Source: Tortispora ganteri
Taxonomy: Eukaryota
Direction of reading: 5' to 3'
DNA length: 64,000 nt
NCBI GenBank assembly: GCA_003707115.1
Contig: PPNB01000015.1
Location: 62,001 to 126,000, forward strand
Within the stretch, counting starts at the first letter, position 1. Every line of letters starts with the position of its first letter. Made by a program: the position numbers and the translations under genes. Below, piece after piece: positions 10,863 to 20,219 of the stretch. The notes beneath the pieces were generated by a model. The model was given only the letters and a program-made list of their open reading frames with translations, was not told the origin of the DNA and searched no databases.

Positions 10863-11572
10863 TTGGCTCATTAATCGTTCACAAAGAATATTCGCAAAAT
10901 TCATGGATTGTGAATGCTAGTTTTTTGCAGACAAGACACTGGCGCATTAACTGTAGTAAATTTAGAGAATAATATTTATGCAATTAAACCATAGTCCTGT
11001 GATTCAAAATGATAAAATTCTGAAAGCAGGTCAACTTAGAGGTACGGAGATCTGAATGAACAGTTTGAGGACACATTACAAACTCTAAATAACATATAAT
11101 TTTTTCGCGGTTTGAATGTTCTGGAATATAATTGCGGGATACATATTTCATTTAGATCACCTTCACGGTATTTAAATAATGGAAAATAAATACCGGATGT
11201 CACAATAAAAGAATGAGAATTGATTCTAGATATCTATTCTCTTCATTGTTGTACCAACTCACATGTAGACTGTCGGAATGTATCAATTTGCCATTCTTAA
11301 CAATTGAAAGAACATCACTAGAATTTAAGCTCTTTATCTAAAAAAGAAAACCCGGTAAAAAGTCACCTACCCGAACAAGAACAAACACCTGAAATAAAGC
11401 ACAAATTGTTATAGAATGGCTAGATCAAATATGGCAGGTTTAAATGATACTTACGGATACTAAATGGGTAAAGTAACAAACCTACGTATAAAGCAATTTA
11501 CATTCTCACAAGCATTCTTGTGCAAGTCAACAATCAACTCCTAGCCGCAAATAAGCAAGCAAACGTGCATAT

Positions 11573-11575
11573 TTT

Positions 11576-11605
<30 letters not shown>
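11573..11605. repeat. Poly(dA:dT) tract
   Basis: About 33 nt of T interrupted by a single C. Confidence 0.9.
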
Positions 11606-11606
<1 letters not shown>

Positions 11607-11943
11607 GCTTAGCTGGGTTATACAGGCTAATTTACAGCACTCGAGGCGATACGAAGGTAGATATAAAGTACAAATCTGCAACAACGTTCGGCGCATTTGC
11701 CTGCATTAAAGTTAGAATGACAGTTAACAGTTGGAGCTTAACCTTAATAGAACAAACATGGAAATATCAACTTCTACTTCTGTTGTTATATTTCATGCCA
11801 ACTGCCCTGGCGATGGTCAGACAGTTATTGCCCATAATATTTAAAACCGGATATTATAGCAGAAATCTGACTAAAAATAGTTAGGCTTCAGTTTACTGGC
11901 TTAAACAACACCAAAAGGCGTTTTGGAGAGCTCCAGAGATGCT

Positions 11944-13278
11944 TTATATTGATAAGCTTCCACACCAGGACGGAAACAAAATCGTTTCTTTAACGTTATA
12001 TGTGCCTGAAAGAAGTGCTACTAGTCGCTCAAAGCCCATACCATACCCTCCATGAGGACCTGACCCGTACTTTCTGAGGTCTAAATACCATTCAAGTCTG
12101 TCCTGAGATATGTTTTTCTTTTTCATTGAGGCTCTTAGCTTATCGGCATCATCTTCTCTCATAGAACCTCCAATAAGCTCACCAATATGTGGGACCAATA
12201 GGTCAAAACATTTCGCCTTATCGCCATCAAGTTTCATATAGAACGGTTTGAGTGCTTCGGGGTAATCTGTGACAAACACAGGACCTTTAGATGCCAGTTT
12301 CTTTTCTTCGGCAACGCTGAAGCCTTCACCATATTTCCCATCAACCTCCATTATGGCATCGTCATATGTAATGCGTCTCCAAGTTGTTTTAATCATATCA
12401 CGGATACTATTAATCTCGTCTATCGATCGCCAGTCCTTATTGTTCAAGATCTTACTTCTGGCCAAAATGACCTCATCTATTCCATCATTAGTATCTGTCA
12501 CCACACTCTTTACCATAAGCTCAGTCTGATCCATAAGTATATCAAGATCATCTATGAATTGAAGTTCTGCTTCTACCATCCAGAACTCCGCCAAATGTCG
12601 ACTAGTGTTGGACTTTTCTGCCCTAAATGTAGGTCCCATAGTCCATACACGCGGCATAGCTCCTGCCAGCGTTTCTAAATGCAGTTGAGTAGAAACAGTT
12701 AAATACGCTTGCTGCTTGAAAAAGTCGCTGTGCATTTTCAGATCTTCGCGGTCTGATTCGGGAATCACACAGAATGACTCACCACTGCCTTCAGCATCGG
12801 TTCTTGTCAAAATAGGGGCGTTTGTGTATACATAATCGTTATCGTGATAAAATTTTTGAATATTAAATGCGATATCTGATCTCAATCTTGCAATCGCATT
12901 TAACTGTCTAGTCCGCGTACGCAAATGATTCATGCTACGCAGGTACTCCAATGTGTGATATTTCTTCTGCAGCGGGAAATCCGGAGCACTACCAATCACT
13001 TTTACTTGATCTGCATTTACTTCTAATTCCCTAGGACCTTCTTGCCAAGATCCATCAACAGATATCGAGCTTCCAGCGCACAATTCTGGTGTGTACATCT
13101 CCTTCGGTAGAACTATCTGCAATGGTCGAGACGTGGTTCCATCGGAAACTGTGAGGAATACGACCCCAGCCTTCTTTCTAACAGCTTGAACCCATCCCAA
13201 TACATTCACCTTTGAGCCAATATCTTTCGATCCTTTCCAAAGTTGTTTTAAAGTGGCAGGTAGCGGCCGGAATCCCAT
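11944..13278 (-). CDS. SLM5: Mitochondrial asparaginyl-tRNA synthetase
   Basis: OB-fold GWVQAVR, YLTVSTQLHLE, motif 2 PTFRAEKSNTSRHLAEFWMVEAE and motif 3 PHGGYGMGFERL. Confidence 0.92.
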   Translation of the reverse strand: MGFRPLPATLKQLWKGSKDIGSKVNVLGWVQAVRKKAGVVFLTVSDGTTSRPLQIVLPKEMYTPELCAGSSISVDGSWQEGPRELEVNADQVKVIGSAPDFPLQKKYHTLEYLRSMNHLRTRTRQLNAIARLRSDIAFNIQKFYHDNDYVYTNAPILTRTDAEGSGESFCVIPESDREDLKMHSDFFKQQAYLTVSTQLHLETLAGAMPRVWTMGPTFRAEKSNTSRHLAEFWMVEAELQFIDDLDILMDQTELMVKSVVTDTNDGIDEVILARSKILNNKDWRSIDEINSIRDMIKTTWRRITYDDAIMEVDGKYGEGFSVAEEKKLASKGPVFVTDYPEALKPFYMKLDGDKAKCFDLLVPHIGELIGGSMREDDADKLRASMKKKNISQDRLEWYLDLRKYGSGPHGGYGMGFERLVALLSGTYNVKETILFPSWCGSLSI

Positions 13279-13445
13279 TGTATAGTCGATTTCTTGATTG
13301 CAACTCGAGGTCTAAATCACCAAAAAAACAAACAAACTCTATATCGAAAGATTTAATGGAGCCAATGTTTTTTAGCTACAAAATAAATTCGTACACAGTA
13401 TACACACTTATTAAAATTAATCACCTTGCTATTTTACAATTATTC

Positions 13446-15179
13446 CTATATTCCAGACTTAAGAACGTCTAAGTCCTGCCATGGCGTCGAGCCGGATGTT
13501 GGAGTAGACCGTTGATGTGACGTTTCGGATTTGCCAGCGTTGTGCTCCGACTCATCAGTAACGTCGCCACTATTAGAAGGACGCGTAGCAGAACTCGAGC
13601 TACTGGTAGTATGAAGACGTCCTATCTTACTAGGATCCGATGCTATTCCAAATCCTTTCAGTTCTTCAGTCCGTACAAGGTCCTCATCCTGCGCCATGAG
13701 CTTCTTCCATTTGTAACGACACTGAATTCGAGATCGCAAACCTCCAAGATGATCTGAGACAACAGTCCAATTTATATCTGTGGTTTTCATAGGGACATCA
13801 TCAGCACCAGATGCTCTTGCGATTTCACCTATAGCTTTTAATAGTGCCAACTCTTCTTCAGAACTCCATTTACTCTGAGATCGGTTCTGGCCACACTTCA
13901 CGTAATTTCTCCAACGATCACGACAGTCCTCAGACATACGGCCCATGGTAGCGCCTATTTCTTTCCACTGGTTTCCTTTTAGTGCATACAGACGTGCCAG
14001 TTCTTCGTCATCTTTCGGAGTCCATTTGGCCCGTACCTCAAACGTATTATAGAGTCTGCGCACATGCTTATAAATACTAGCACGTGTCCTATCAGGTAAA
14101 CAAAAACTAACATCATCCCAAAAACTGTCTGTACGTCGATGAACAGACCATACTCTTTCACATATATCTCTTTTAGTAAGACCGTGCTTTTCACAGTATC
14201 TTTTAAAAAATCTATGCAAGACCATATCTTCATCCTGAGAGAAAGCGCCCGAACGCATTTTCTTGTCATCTATTGTTGTGTTCGAAGATGAATTTCGGGT
14301 TTCATCATCAGTACTGGAACCATTAATGCCGTTATTGGAACTGTCAACAATTCTGCCGGACGGACGGCTCAAGACAGTTGTTGAATGATCAGAGTTTTCA
14401 GGCCGAAGTATGTTCATAAACGGCTTGGGAATCTCATCAGGCATTCTAATAGCATTAGTAAGACCTATATTAGCCAACGCAGGGTCGACAGCAGGGTCAT
14501 TTCCCGTCATTTCACTTACGGCGTTGACAGCTATACCAAGCGCAGGGTCAAGATTTTCGGCACCAGTGTTTGTAGTGGAATGGTGACCCGTTTTGCGAGG
14601 ATCAATTTCAGTGAGAGGCAAGGATGAACTTATGTCAGTATATTCACTGTACGGTAAGGAGTCAAGGTAAGTGGACCAAGGTTCTGTAGCGCCATCAGTG
14701 GTCTGTACACGAATGACGCTCTCATCAAGTGGAGCTGGGACACTAGACTTTGTAGACCTTGTGGTATTCTCATCATCGCGCTTCCTTTTCGTTCCAGTGT
14801 GATTTAGATGCATATTTTCATCATCAGTCGTAAAGTTTTGCAGCATATGTGCGGATGCGGGATCTTGCTCTAAGATGGAAGCATTTTCTAATGATTCGCC
14901 GAAACGGCCAGCATAATGTAAACGCGCAGAATTTTGAGGATCATTTTCTTGAATTTCATCTAAAAGTCTAACAGACATGGCATCTTTAACCGAAGTTACA
15001 GAGGCGGCATCATTTAAACCTGAATTTTTCTTCTTGGATTTTTTCTGCGCTTTAGCAGAGTCATCGCTCTCCGGCACAGTTCGGAGTTCAAGCAGTGCTT
15101 GAGCTCCGATTTGTTCCTCAGGCGGATCGATTTTCGTGCTGTTACCTAAAGGCTTCTTTTCTTTTCCAGATTGACTCAT
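13446..15179 (-). CDS. REB1: Myb-domain Reb1/Nsi1-family DNA-binding protein (general regulatory factor / Pol I terminator)
   Basis: RTRASIYKHVRRLY, KWTPKDDEEL, MGRMSEDCRDRWRNY and INWTVVS...RSRIQCRYKW. Confidence 0.88.
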   Translation of the reverse strand: MSQSGKEKKPLGNSTKIDPPEEQIGAQALLELRTVPESDDSAKAQKKSKKKNSGLNDAASVTSVKDAMSVRLLDEIQENDPQNSARLHYAGRFGESLENASILEQDPASAHMLQNFTTDDENMHLNHTGTKRKRDDENTTRSTKSSVPAPLDESVIRVQTTDGATEPWSTYLDSLPYSEYTDISSSLPLTEIDPRKTGHHSTTNTGAENLDPALGIAVNAVSEMTGNDPAVDPALANIGLTNAIRMPDEIPKPFMNILRPENSDHSTTVLSRPSGRIVDSSNNGINGSSTDDETRNSSSNTTIDDKKMRSGAFSQDEDMVLHRFFKRYCEKHGLTKRDICERVWSVHRRTDSFWDDVSFCLPDRTRASIYKHVRRLYNTFEVRAKWTPKDDEELARLYALKGNQWKEIGATMGRMSEDCRDRWRNYVKCGQNRSQSKWSSEEELALLKAIGEIARASGADDVPMKTTDINWTVVSDHLGGLRSRIQCRYKWKKLMAQDEDLVRTEELKGFGIASDPSKIGRLHTTSSSSSATRPSNSGDVTDESEHNAGKSETSHQRSTPTSGSTPWQDLDVLKSGI

Positions 15180-15453
15180 AGTGCTATGTTAAGCAGAATT
15201 TAGTTGGGGTGTTGACTAGAGTGCGTGTTGTGTACGTTTAAAAGAATTGAGGCGATAACTCTAAGGACCAATCGGGGAGTATTGCCCATAGAAACCGCTA
15301 TTATACAAAACGGAAAATAGATCGCAAGCTAAGCAGCTCAGTAATAATTATAGTACTACATAACTAACGCAAAAAAGACAAGAAATGTTACGATCAATAT
15401 CTACGCGAAACATTAGTATTGTGAGTTCTCATAAATCTTGCCCATAAACAATC

Positions 15454-15498
15454 AGGGTAATCTGGCGGTAGGGTAAAAATCAGCTTTCGAGAGGGTAA
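15454..15498. promoter_or_regulatory. Three AGGGTAA (Reb1-type) sites upstream of REB1
   Basis: GGGTAA at 15455-15460, 15471-15476 and 15493-15498, each preceded by A. Confidence 0.6.
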
Positions 15499-15682
15499 GC
15501 AGTTGTATTGCATCACTGTATGACAGGTGGGGGGATAGGTTACTTTATCTGACGAGATTACTCTTTTCATATTTTTAATTTTTATTTTCCCTTAGAAGAT
15601 ATAGGCTATGTACTTTGTTCCAAATAACAGCGTGATTGTATTATTTAAATAAGTAGAGCCGATCAAACTAAAGACAACTGTA

Positions 15683-16948
15683 TCATTTCGCGGTGAACGC
15701 ACCAATTCCAGTGATGGCACGTCCGAGGATCATGGCGTGAATATCACTTTGGCCCTCGTAAGTTTGAGCAACAAATAAGTTACCGGCTATTCTGCCTATT
15801 TGATACTCGTCGGAAGCGCCATTTCCGCCAAATATTTCCATCAGAACTCGAGTGTTGTGCAGTGCGCGATCGCAGTTTTGACGCTTCACAATGGAGATCA
15901 TTTCAGGCACGAGGCGGCCTTCGTCTTTGAGTTTTCCTAAGCGGTACGCGGCATTAAGACCATAGGTTACATCAGTGAGAGCATCTGCCAGTTTTTTCTG
16001 TACCAATTGGTAACGGGCTAGCGGTTGTCTGAACTGTTTGCGTTCCAAAGCATAGTTTCGCGCAAGGTCGATTGCTCCTTCAAGAGCACCCATTGTACCC
16101 CAAGCGATACCGTAACGAGCGCTGTTTAAGCATGTGAAAGGGCCGGTGAGGCCTTTAACATTTTGAAACATATTTTCTTCTGGAACTTCGGCATTGTCCA
16201 TTTGGATCATTCCCGTTATAGAAGCTCTTAAAGCTGATTTGTTTTTAATCTGAGGGGTGCTGAGCGCGCCAACAGGTTGGCCTTCTCGCTCTACAAGGAA
16301 ACCTCGAATAACACCGTCAAGTTTGGCCCAAACAATGAAGACATGGGCTATTGGAGAGTTACTAATCCATGTTTTGCTACCATTGAGAACATACACACCC
16401 TTCTTAGTGGGATGTGGTTTCGCAGTAGTCTCCATAGACCCAGGATCAGAGCCATGATTAGGCTCAGTAAGACCGAATGCACCGATGATATCACCAGTAG
16501 CCATTTTCGGTATATATTTTTCTTTGAGCTCCTCAGAAGCAAATTTTTCCAAAGCAGTCATTGATAAACTCGATTGTACGGAGAATGCAGATCGATAGCC
16601 AGAATCCACCCGTTCTACTTCTCGTGCAATTAAGCCATATGCGACATTAGATGCACCAGCGCATCCGTAGCCTTTGATGTTACAACCCAGAAGGCCAAGT
16701 TCACCCATTTCTTTCAAAATATTGGGATCAAAAGTTTCCGTTCGAGAAGCTTCAATGATCCTTGGCTGTAGCTTTTCCTGCGCATAGCTCTTTGCTGTTT
16801 GCCAAATAGCTGTTTCCTCCTCTGTCAAATCGCCTTGAATATCAAAGGCATCTTCCCAGTTGAACGAAGACATGCTGCGACGGCCCAGCGTGAAACCCCG
16901 TTTTAGAGCAATTGCGGTTTTTGACCTGATCGCAATAGAAACCACCAT
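15683..16948 (-). CDS. Mitochondrial glutaryl-CoA dehydrogenase (acyl-CoA dehydrogenase family)
   Basis: Arg/Ser-rich presequence, FNWED, REVERVDSGYRS, FGLTEPNHGSDP and TYEGQSDIH. First ATG is at 16948. Confidence 0.9.
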   Translation of the reverse strand: MVVSIAIRSKTAIALKRGFTLGRRSMSSFNWEDAFDIQGDLTEEETAIWQTAKSYAQEKLQPRIIEASRTETFDPNILKEMGELGLLGCNIKGYGCAGASNVAYGLIAREVERVDSGYRSAFSVQSSLSMTALEKFASEELKEKYIPKMATGDIIGAFGLTEPNHGSDPGSMETTAKPHPTKKGVYVLNGSKTWISNSPIAHVFIVWAKLDGVIRGFLVEREGQPVGALSTPQIKNKSALRASITGMIQMDNAEVPEENMFQNVKGLTGPFTCLNSARYGIAWGTMGALEGAIDLARNYALERKQFRQPLARYQLVQKKLADALTDVTYGLNAAYRLGKLKDEGRLVPEMISIVKRQNCDRALHNTRVLMEIFGGNGASDEYQIGRIAGNLFVAQTYEGQSDIHAMILGRAITGIGAFTAK

Positions 16949-17102
16949 TTTTGGCAAGTAGGCAAGAAAAAAAAAAGACTTCAGGAGGTTAAAAGACGTG
17001 TGTGTATATATATATTACGACAAGTTGGCTACTATCCGGAGTTCTCGCGGCTTGATATTTCCCAATTGGGTAATTGAATCGTAGCCTTCCGACAATAGTT
17101 TT

Positions 17103-17109
17103 CGGGTAA
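17103..17109. promoter_or_regulatory. Reb1 consensus site CGGGTAA in the GCDH/TPT1 divergent promoter
   Basis: TTCGGGTAAG, with a second GGGTAA near 17068 and a poly(A) tract near 17178-17188. Confidence 0.5.
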
Positions 17110-17224
17110 GCGACCAATTTTCTAAAGTTAAGCGGCAGTTTACTCTAACCGGGGCCACTAGCGATCGCTTAAGACCAAAAAAAAAAAAGTACTTTGATAT
17201 TGCCAGGATCATTTGTATCCAGGT

Positions 17225-17881
17225 ATGGTGGATCAGATCCGCGTTTCGAAAACACTGGCATACCTCCTCCGACACGGGGCCGCTAAAGAGAAGTTGAGTA
17301 TTCAGGACGATGGATTTATAGCGACCGAAGAATTGTTAAAACATAATAAACTAAAAAGTCTAAAAGTCACTCTCGAAGATCTTAAAGAGATAGTTGCAAA
17401 TGACACTAAGAGCCGGTATTATTTGAAGGAATGTGAAGGTGAATACTATATACGCGCAAATCAAGGACACTCAATTGAAGTCAGCAAACTCGAACTACAA
17501 CCTCTTACGAAGAAAGATGCTGAAGATACAACTATAATTCATGGAACAAATAAAAAAGCATATGAATTAATCTGTGCTAGTAAAGGATTGTGCAGAATGA
17601 AGAGGAATCATATCCATATGACTGCGGGTTTACTTGAAGATAAGAACGTTAAATCCGGGTATCGAACCTCATCTAATGTATTAATATATATAGATGCCGC
17701 TGCTGCAATTGATGATGGTATTCCATTTTACAAATCTGCAAACAATGTCATTTTAAGCCCTGGAAATCAAGAAGGCATAATTAGTCAAACGTATTTCAAG
17801 AAGGTTGAGTTCAGATCAAACAATTCAACAACAAAGCAGGAACAACTTATTCAAAACACTGCTAGTACACATACGGAATAA
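17225..17881 (+). CDS. TPT1: tRNA 2'-phosphotransferase
   Basis: SKTLAYLLRHGA, IRANQGHSI, IHGT, MKRNHIH, SGYR and SANNVILSPG. First ATG is at 17225. The 3' end overlaps the ERG24 3' end by 20 bp. Confidence 0.93.
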   Translation: MVDQIRVSKTLAYLLRHGAAKEKLSIQDDGFIATEELLKHNKLKSLKVTLEDLKEIVANDTKSRYYLKECEGEYYIRANQGHSIEVSKLELQPLTKKDAEDTTIIHGTNKKAYELICASKGLCRMKRNHIHMTAGLLEDKNVKSGYRTSSNVLIYIDAAAAIDDGIPFYKSANNVILSPGNQEGIISQTYFKKVEFRSNNSTTKQEQLIQNTASTHTE

Positions 17882-19181
17882 TCCTCCAGGGAACAAGCTT
17901 TTTGTATTCCGTCCAGGCCTGTTTGTGTTGGTTTGTACACTTCTCGTCGTCTCTTCGTTCTCTGTGAATTAGAAGAGCCGCGAAGTAGATCACATAAAAA
18001 AGACACACGCGGGACTTCAATCCAGATACACCAGCCGCTAGGCACCATGACCAAGCCATGAGCCAGTCGCCGAAATAATTAATGTGCCTTGAGTATCCCC
18101 ACCAGCCATCTGCAAGCAGCGATCTACCAGTTGGCGATTTGATGAATTTGTACCCACTGGCTTTCCTTTCTGCAGGAGTCAAATGTCGAAACCAATCCTT
18201 TTGCGAGTTGGTTTTTCTGAAAATTATATATCCAATTGCTTGTAGGGCAGCAATAGAAGCTATCTCAAAAATAGATAGCTCAATTTCTGGCCTGTCCGTG
18301 AGGAATTGTGCCTGGAGAGAGTAGGTAAAAGGTACGAGTGCGAGATCTCCGAACGAGAGCATGAACCCAAAACCATCTGAAACGACATCCAATGTACTCA
18401 ATACTTTGTCTTCATTGTAAAGTGATTCTAACACATAGAATCCTTCCATTAAAGTGACGAGAACCAGGCCAGAAGACACTTTCCCGTATGTAATGAATTG
18501 ATGATGACACATAGCTAAGTTTATCACTACCCACAGAATCAATCCAGGTCTTAGTTCATTAAATACTTTTAGCTCAAATGATCCGATCGTCGGATTGAGC
18601 TCTCTGCCGATATAAAAATCATAGATGACAGACCCAGTGTCTCCACCTGCAGCCAAAAGAGGCTTAGACGAGCGAAACGAGTAAAGATATACCCATACAG
18701 CTTGAGCAATAGAAAAGAAAATAGCTGCAATAGCCAATCCAAACAGATGGTCATAGACAAATTGGAGTTCAGGCAGCTGCCAGTTTGTGGCGAACCCTCG
18801 GAGTGTCAAAACGGTGAACACAACAATGAATGAAGTAAAGGCATTGAGGTTGTATACAAGGACAGAGCCATCGCGGTTAGGCAGACCACAGATTTTTTTG
18901 CACGGAATAGTTTGTCGCATAATTGCTAGACCCATCCACCAGCCCACATAGGCCTTGTAAGCGGTTAAGTCGAAGATCGACGCGTAGACATGGCTGTATG
19001 TGTCTTGGAACAAGGCTTTGAGACCAGGGCCATCAAAGGGTATTGATCCATTAGAAGCAGCAGTCATCAAAAATATAACCAACCATGGCAGCGTAGTAAT
19101 TAAAACAAAACTGCCCGGTATTCCACCAAACTCGCGATGAACTGGTTGGACCTTTGATGCGCTTCTAGTTCTGGGCGGCAT
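17862..19181 (-). CDS. ERG24: C-14 sterol reductase
   Basis: EFGGIPG, YDFYIGRELNP, ELRPG, DGFGFMLSFGDL, LLADGWWGYSRHINYFGDW and VPWRIIPYVY. Confidence 0.93.
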   Translation of the reverse strand: MPPRTRSASKVQPVHREFGGIPGSFVLITTLPWLVIFLMTAASNGSIPFDGPGLKALFQDTYSHVYASIFDLTAYKAYVGWWMGLAIMRQTIPCKKICGLPNRDGSVLVYNLNAFTSFIVVFTVLTLRGFATNWQLPELQFVYDHLFGLAIAAIFFSIAQAVWVYLYSFRSSKPLLAAGGDTGSVIYDFYIGRELNPTIGSFELKVFNELRPGLILWVVINLAMCHHQFITYGKVSSGLVLVTLMEGFYVLESLYNEDKVLSTLDVVSDGFGFMLSFGDLALVPFTYSLQAQFLTDRPEIELSIFEIASIAALQAIGYIIFRKTNSQKDWFRHLTPAERKASGYKFIKSPTGRSLLADGWWGYSRHINYFGDWLMAWSWCLAAGVSGLKSRVCLFYVIYFAALLIHRERRDDEKCTNQHKQAWTEYKKLVPWRIIPYVY

Positions 19182-19216
19182 GTTGTCGAAGTTAGCGTTT
19201 GACTAACCACCCCTAG

Positions 19217-20176
19217 ATGGATTCAGAAAAGAAGAAATCGGGCAAGAAGCCGACGAAAATTGCAAAACAACGACTCGAAGATACTGAGCTTTACAAAAAA
19301 GTAAGAAAAGGACCAAAACACAACGAATATGGTCAAGAATTGTACTGTATATGTCGCGAACCAGACACGGGTAAGTGGATGATCGGATGCGACTATTGCG
19401 ACGAGTGGTATCACGGCTCATGCGTAGGGATACAACGATCGAAAGAAGATCTTTTAGCGAGATACTCTTGTCCAATATGTACTGAAATGGGTCACAATAT
19501 GCTTTGGAAGCGGAAGTGTCGCCTTAGTACCTGCAATAATCCGGCTATGGTGGGATCAGACGACAACAATAACAATAACAAATGGTCAAAATACTGCAGT
19601 GAAGAGCATGGACTCGAATACTTCAGAAACATTATTAAAGAATCAGAACTTTCTACTGATTATTTACATTCTTTGAATCAGTTGGAGTTCTCAGAGTTCA
19701 AAAGTTTAGGTTCATTATCTATCTTAGAACAATATCCTGATATCACGTCCGCTCTATTTGACAAAACTGATCAGTATGATTCTGAAATAACTAAGTGCAA
19801 AGAAATATGCCTATTAATTAAGCAGGCTGAAGAGAAGCTGCTAGCTAATAAAGAAACTACCAAACAAATATCAGCTGAATTGTCGCAGAAAACTGGCACT
19901 AAAATAGATATTTGCGGGTATGACTCTACTATGCTTTCCGCCTTCCCACTGGATTCACCACTATACACGCTGAAAGAAACGACATCACTGTGTCGAAATG
20001 AGCGCCGAAAATGCGTTTATCATAATGGCTGGTTTGCGATATACACGCAACTGCTCTCATCGTATCAGAAACGACTTCTAAATCATCTTGAAGAACTAAA
20101 GGTCAAATCTACGAACATGAAACTGCAGTCAGCACGAGCGCAGATTCGCGAACAGGTTTATATATCTAAAGAATAA
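19217..20176 (+). CDS. SPP1: COMPASS/Set1C PHD-finger subunit Spp1
   Basis: PHD finger YCICREPD...MIGCDYCDEWYHGSC...CPIC, followed by WKRKCRL..C, SKYCSEEHG and a C-terminal C...RRKC..H.GW zinc motif. Confidence 0.9.
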   Translation: MDSEKKKSGKKPTKIAKQRLEDTELYKKVRKGPKHNEYGQELYCICREPDTGKWMIGCDYCDEWYHGSCVGIQRSKEDLLARYSCPICTEMGHNMLWKRKCRLSTCNNPAMVGSDDNNNNNKWSKYCSEEHGLEYFRNIIKESELSTDYLHSLNQLEFSEFKSLGSLSILEQYPDITSALFDKTDQYDSEITKCKEICLLIKQAEEKLLANKETTKQISAELSQKTGTKIDICGYDSTMLSAFPLDSPLYTLKETTSLCRNERRKCVYHNGWFAIYTQLLSSYQKRLLNHLEELKVKSTNMKLQSARAQIREQVYISKE

Positions 20177-20219
20177 GCTGCACAATTTCTTGTACGTTTT
20201 ATCATAATGAGATATGTCA

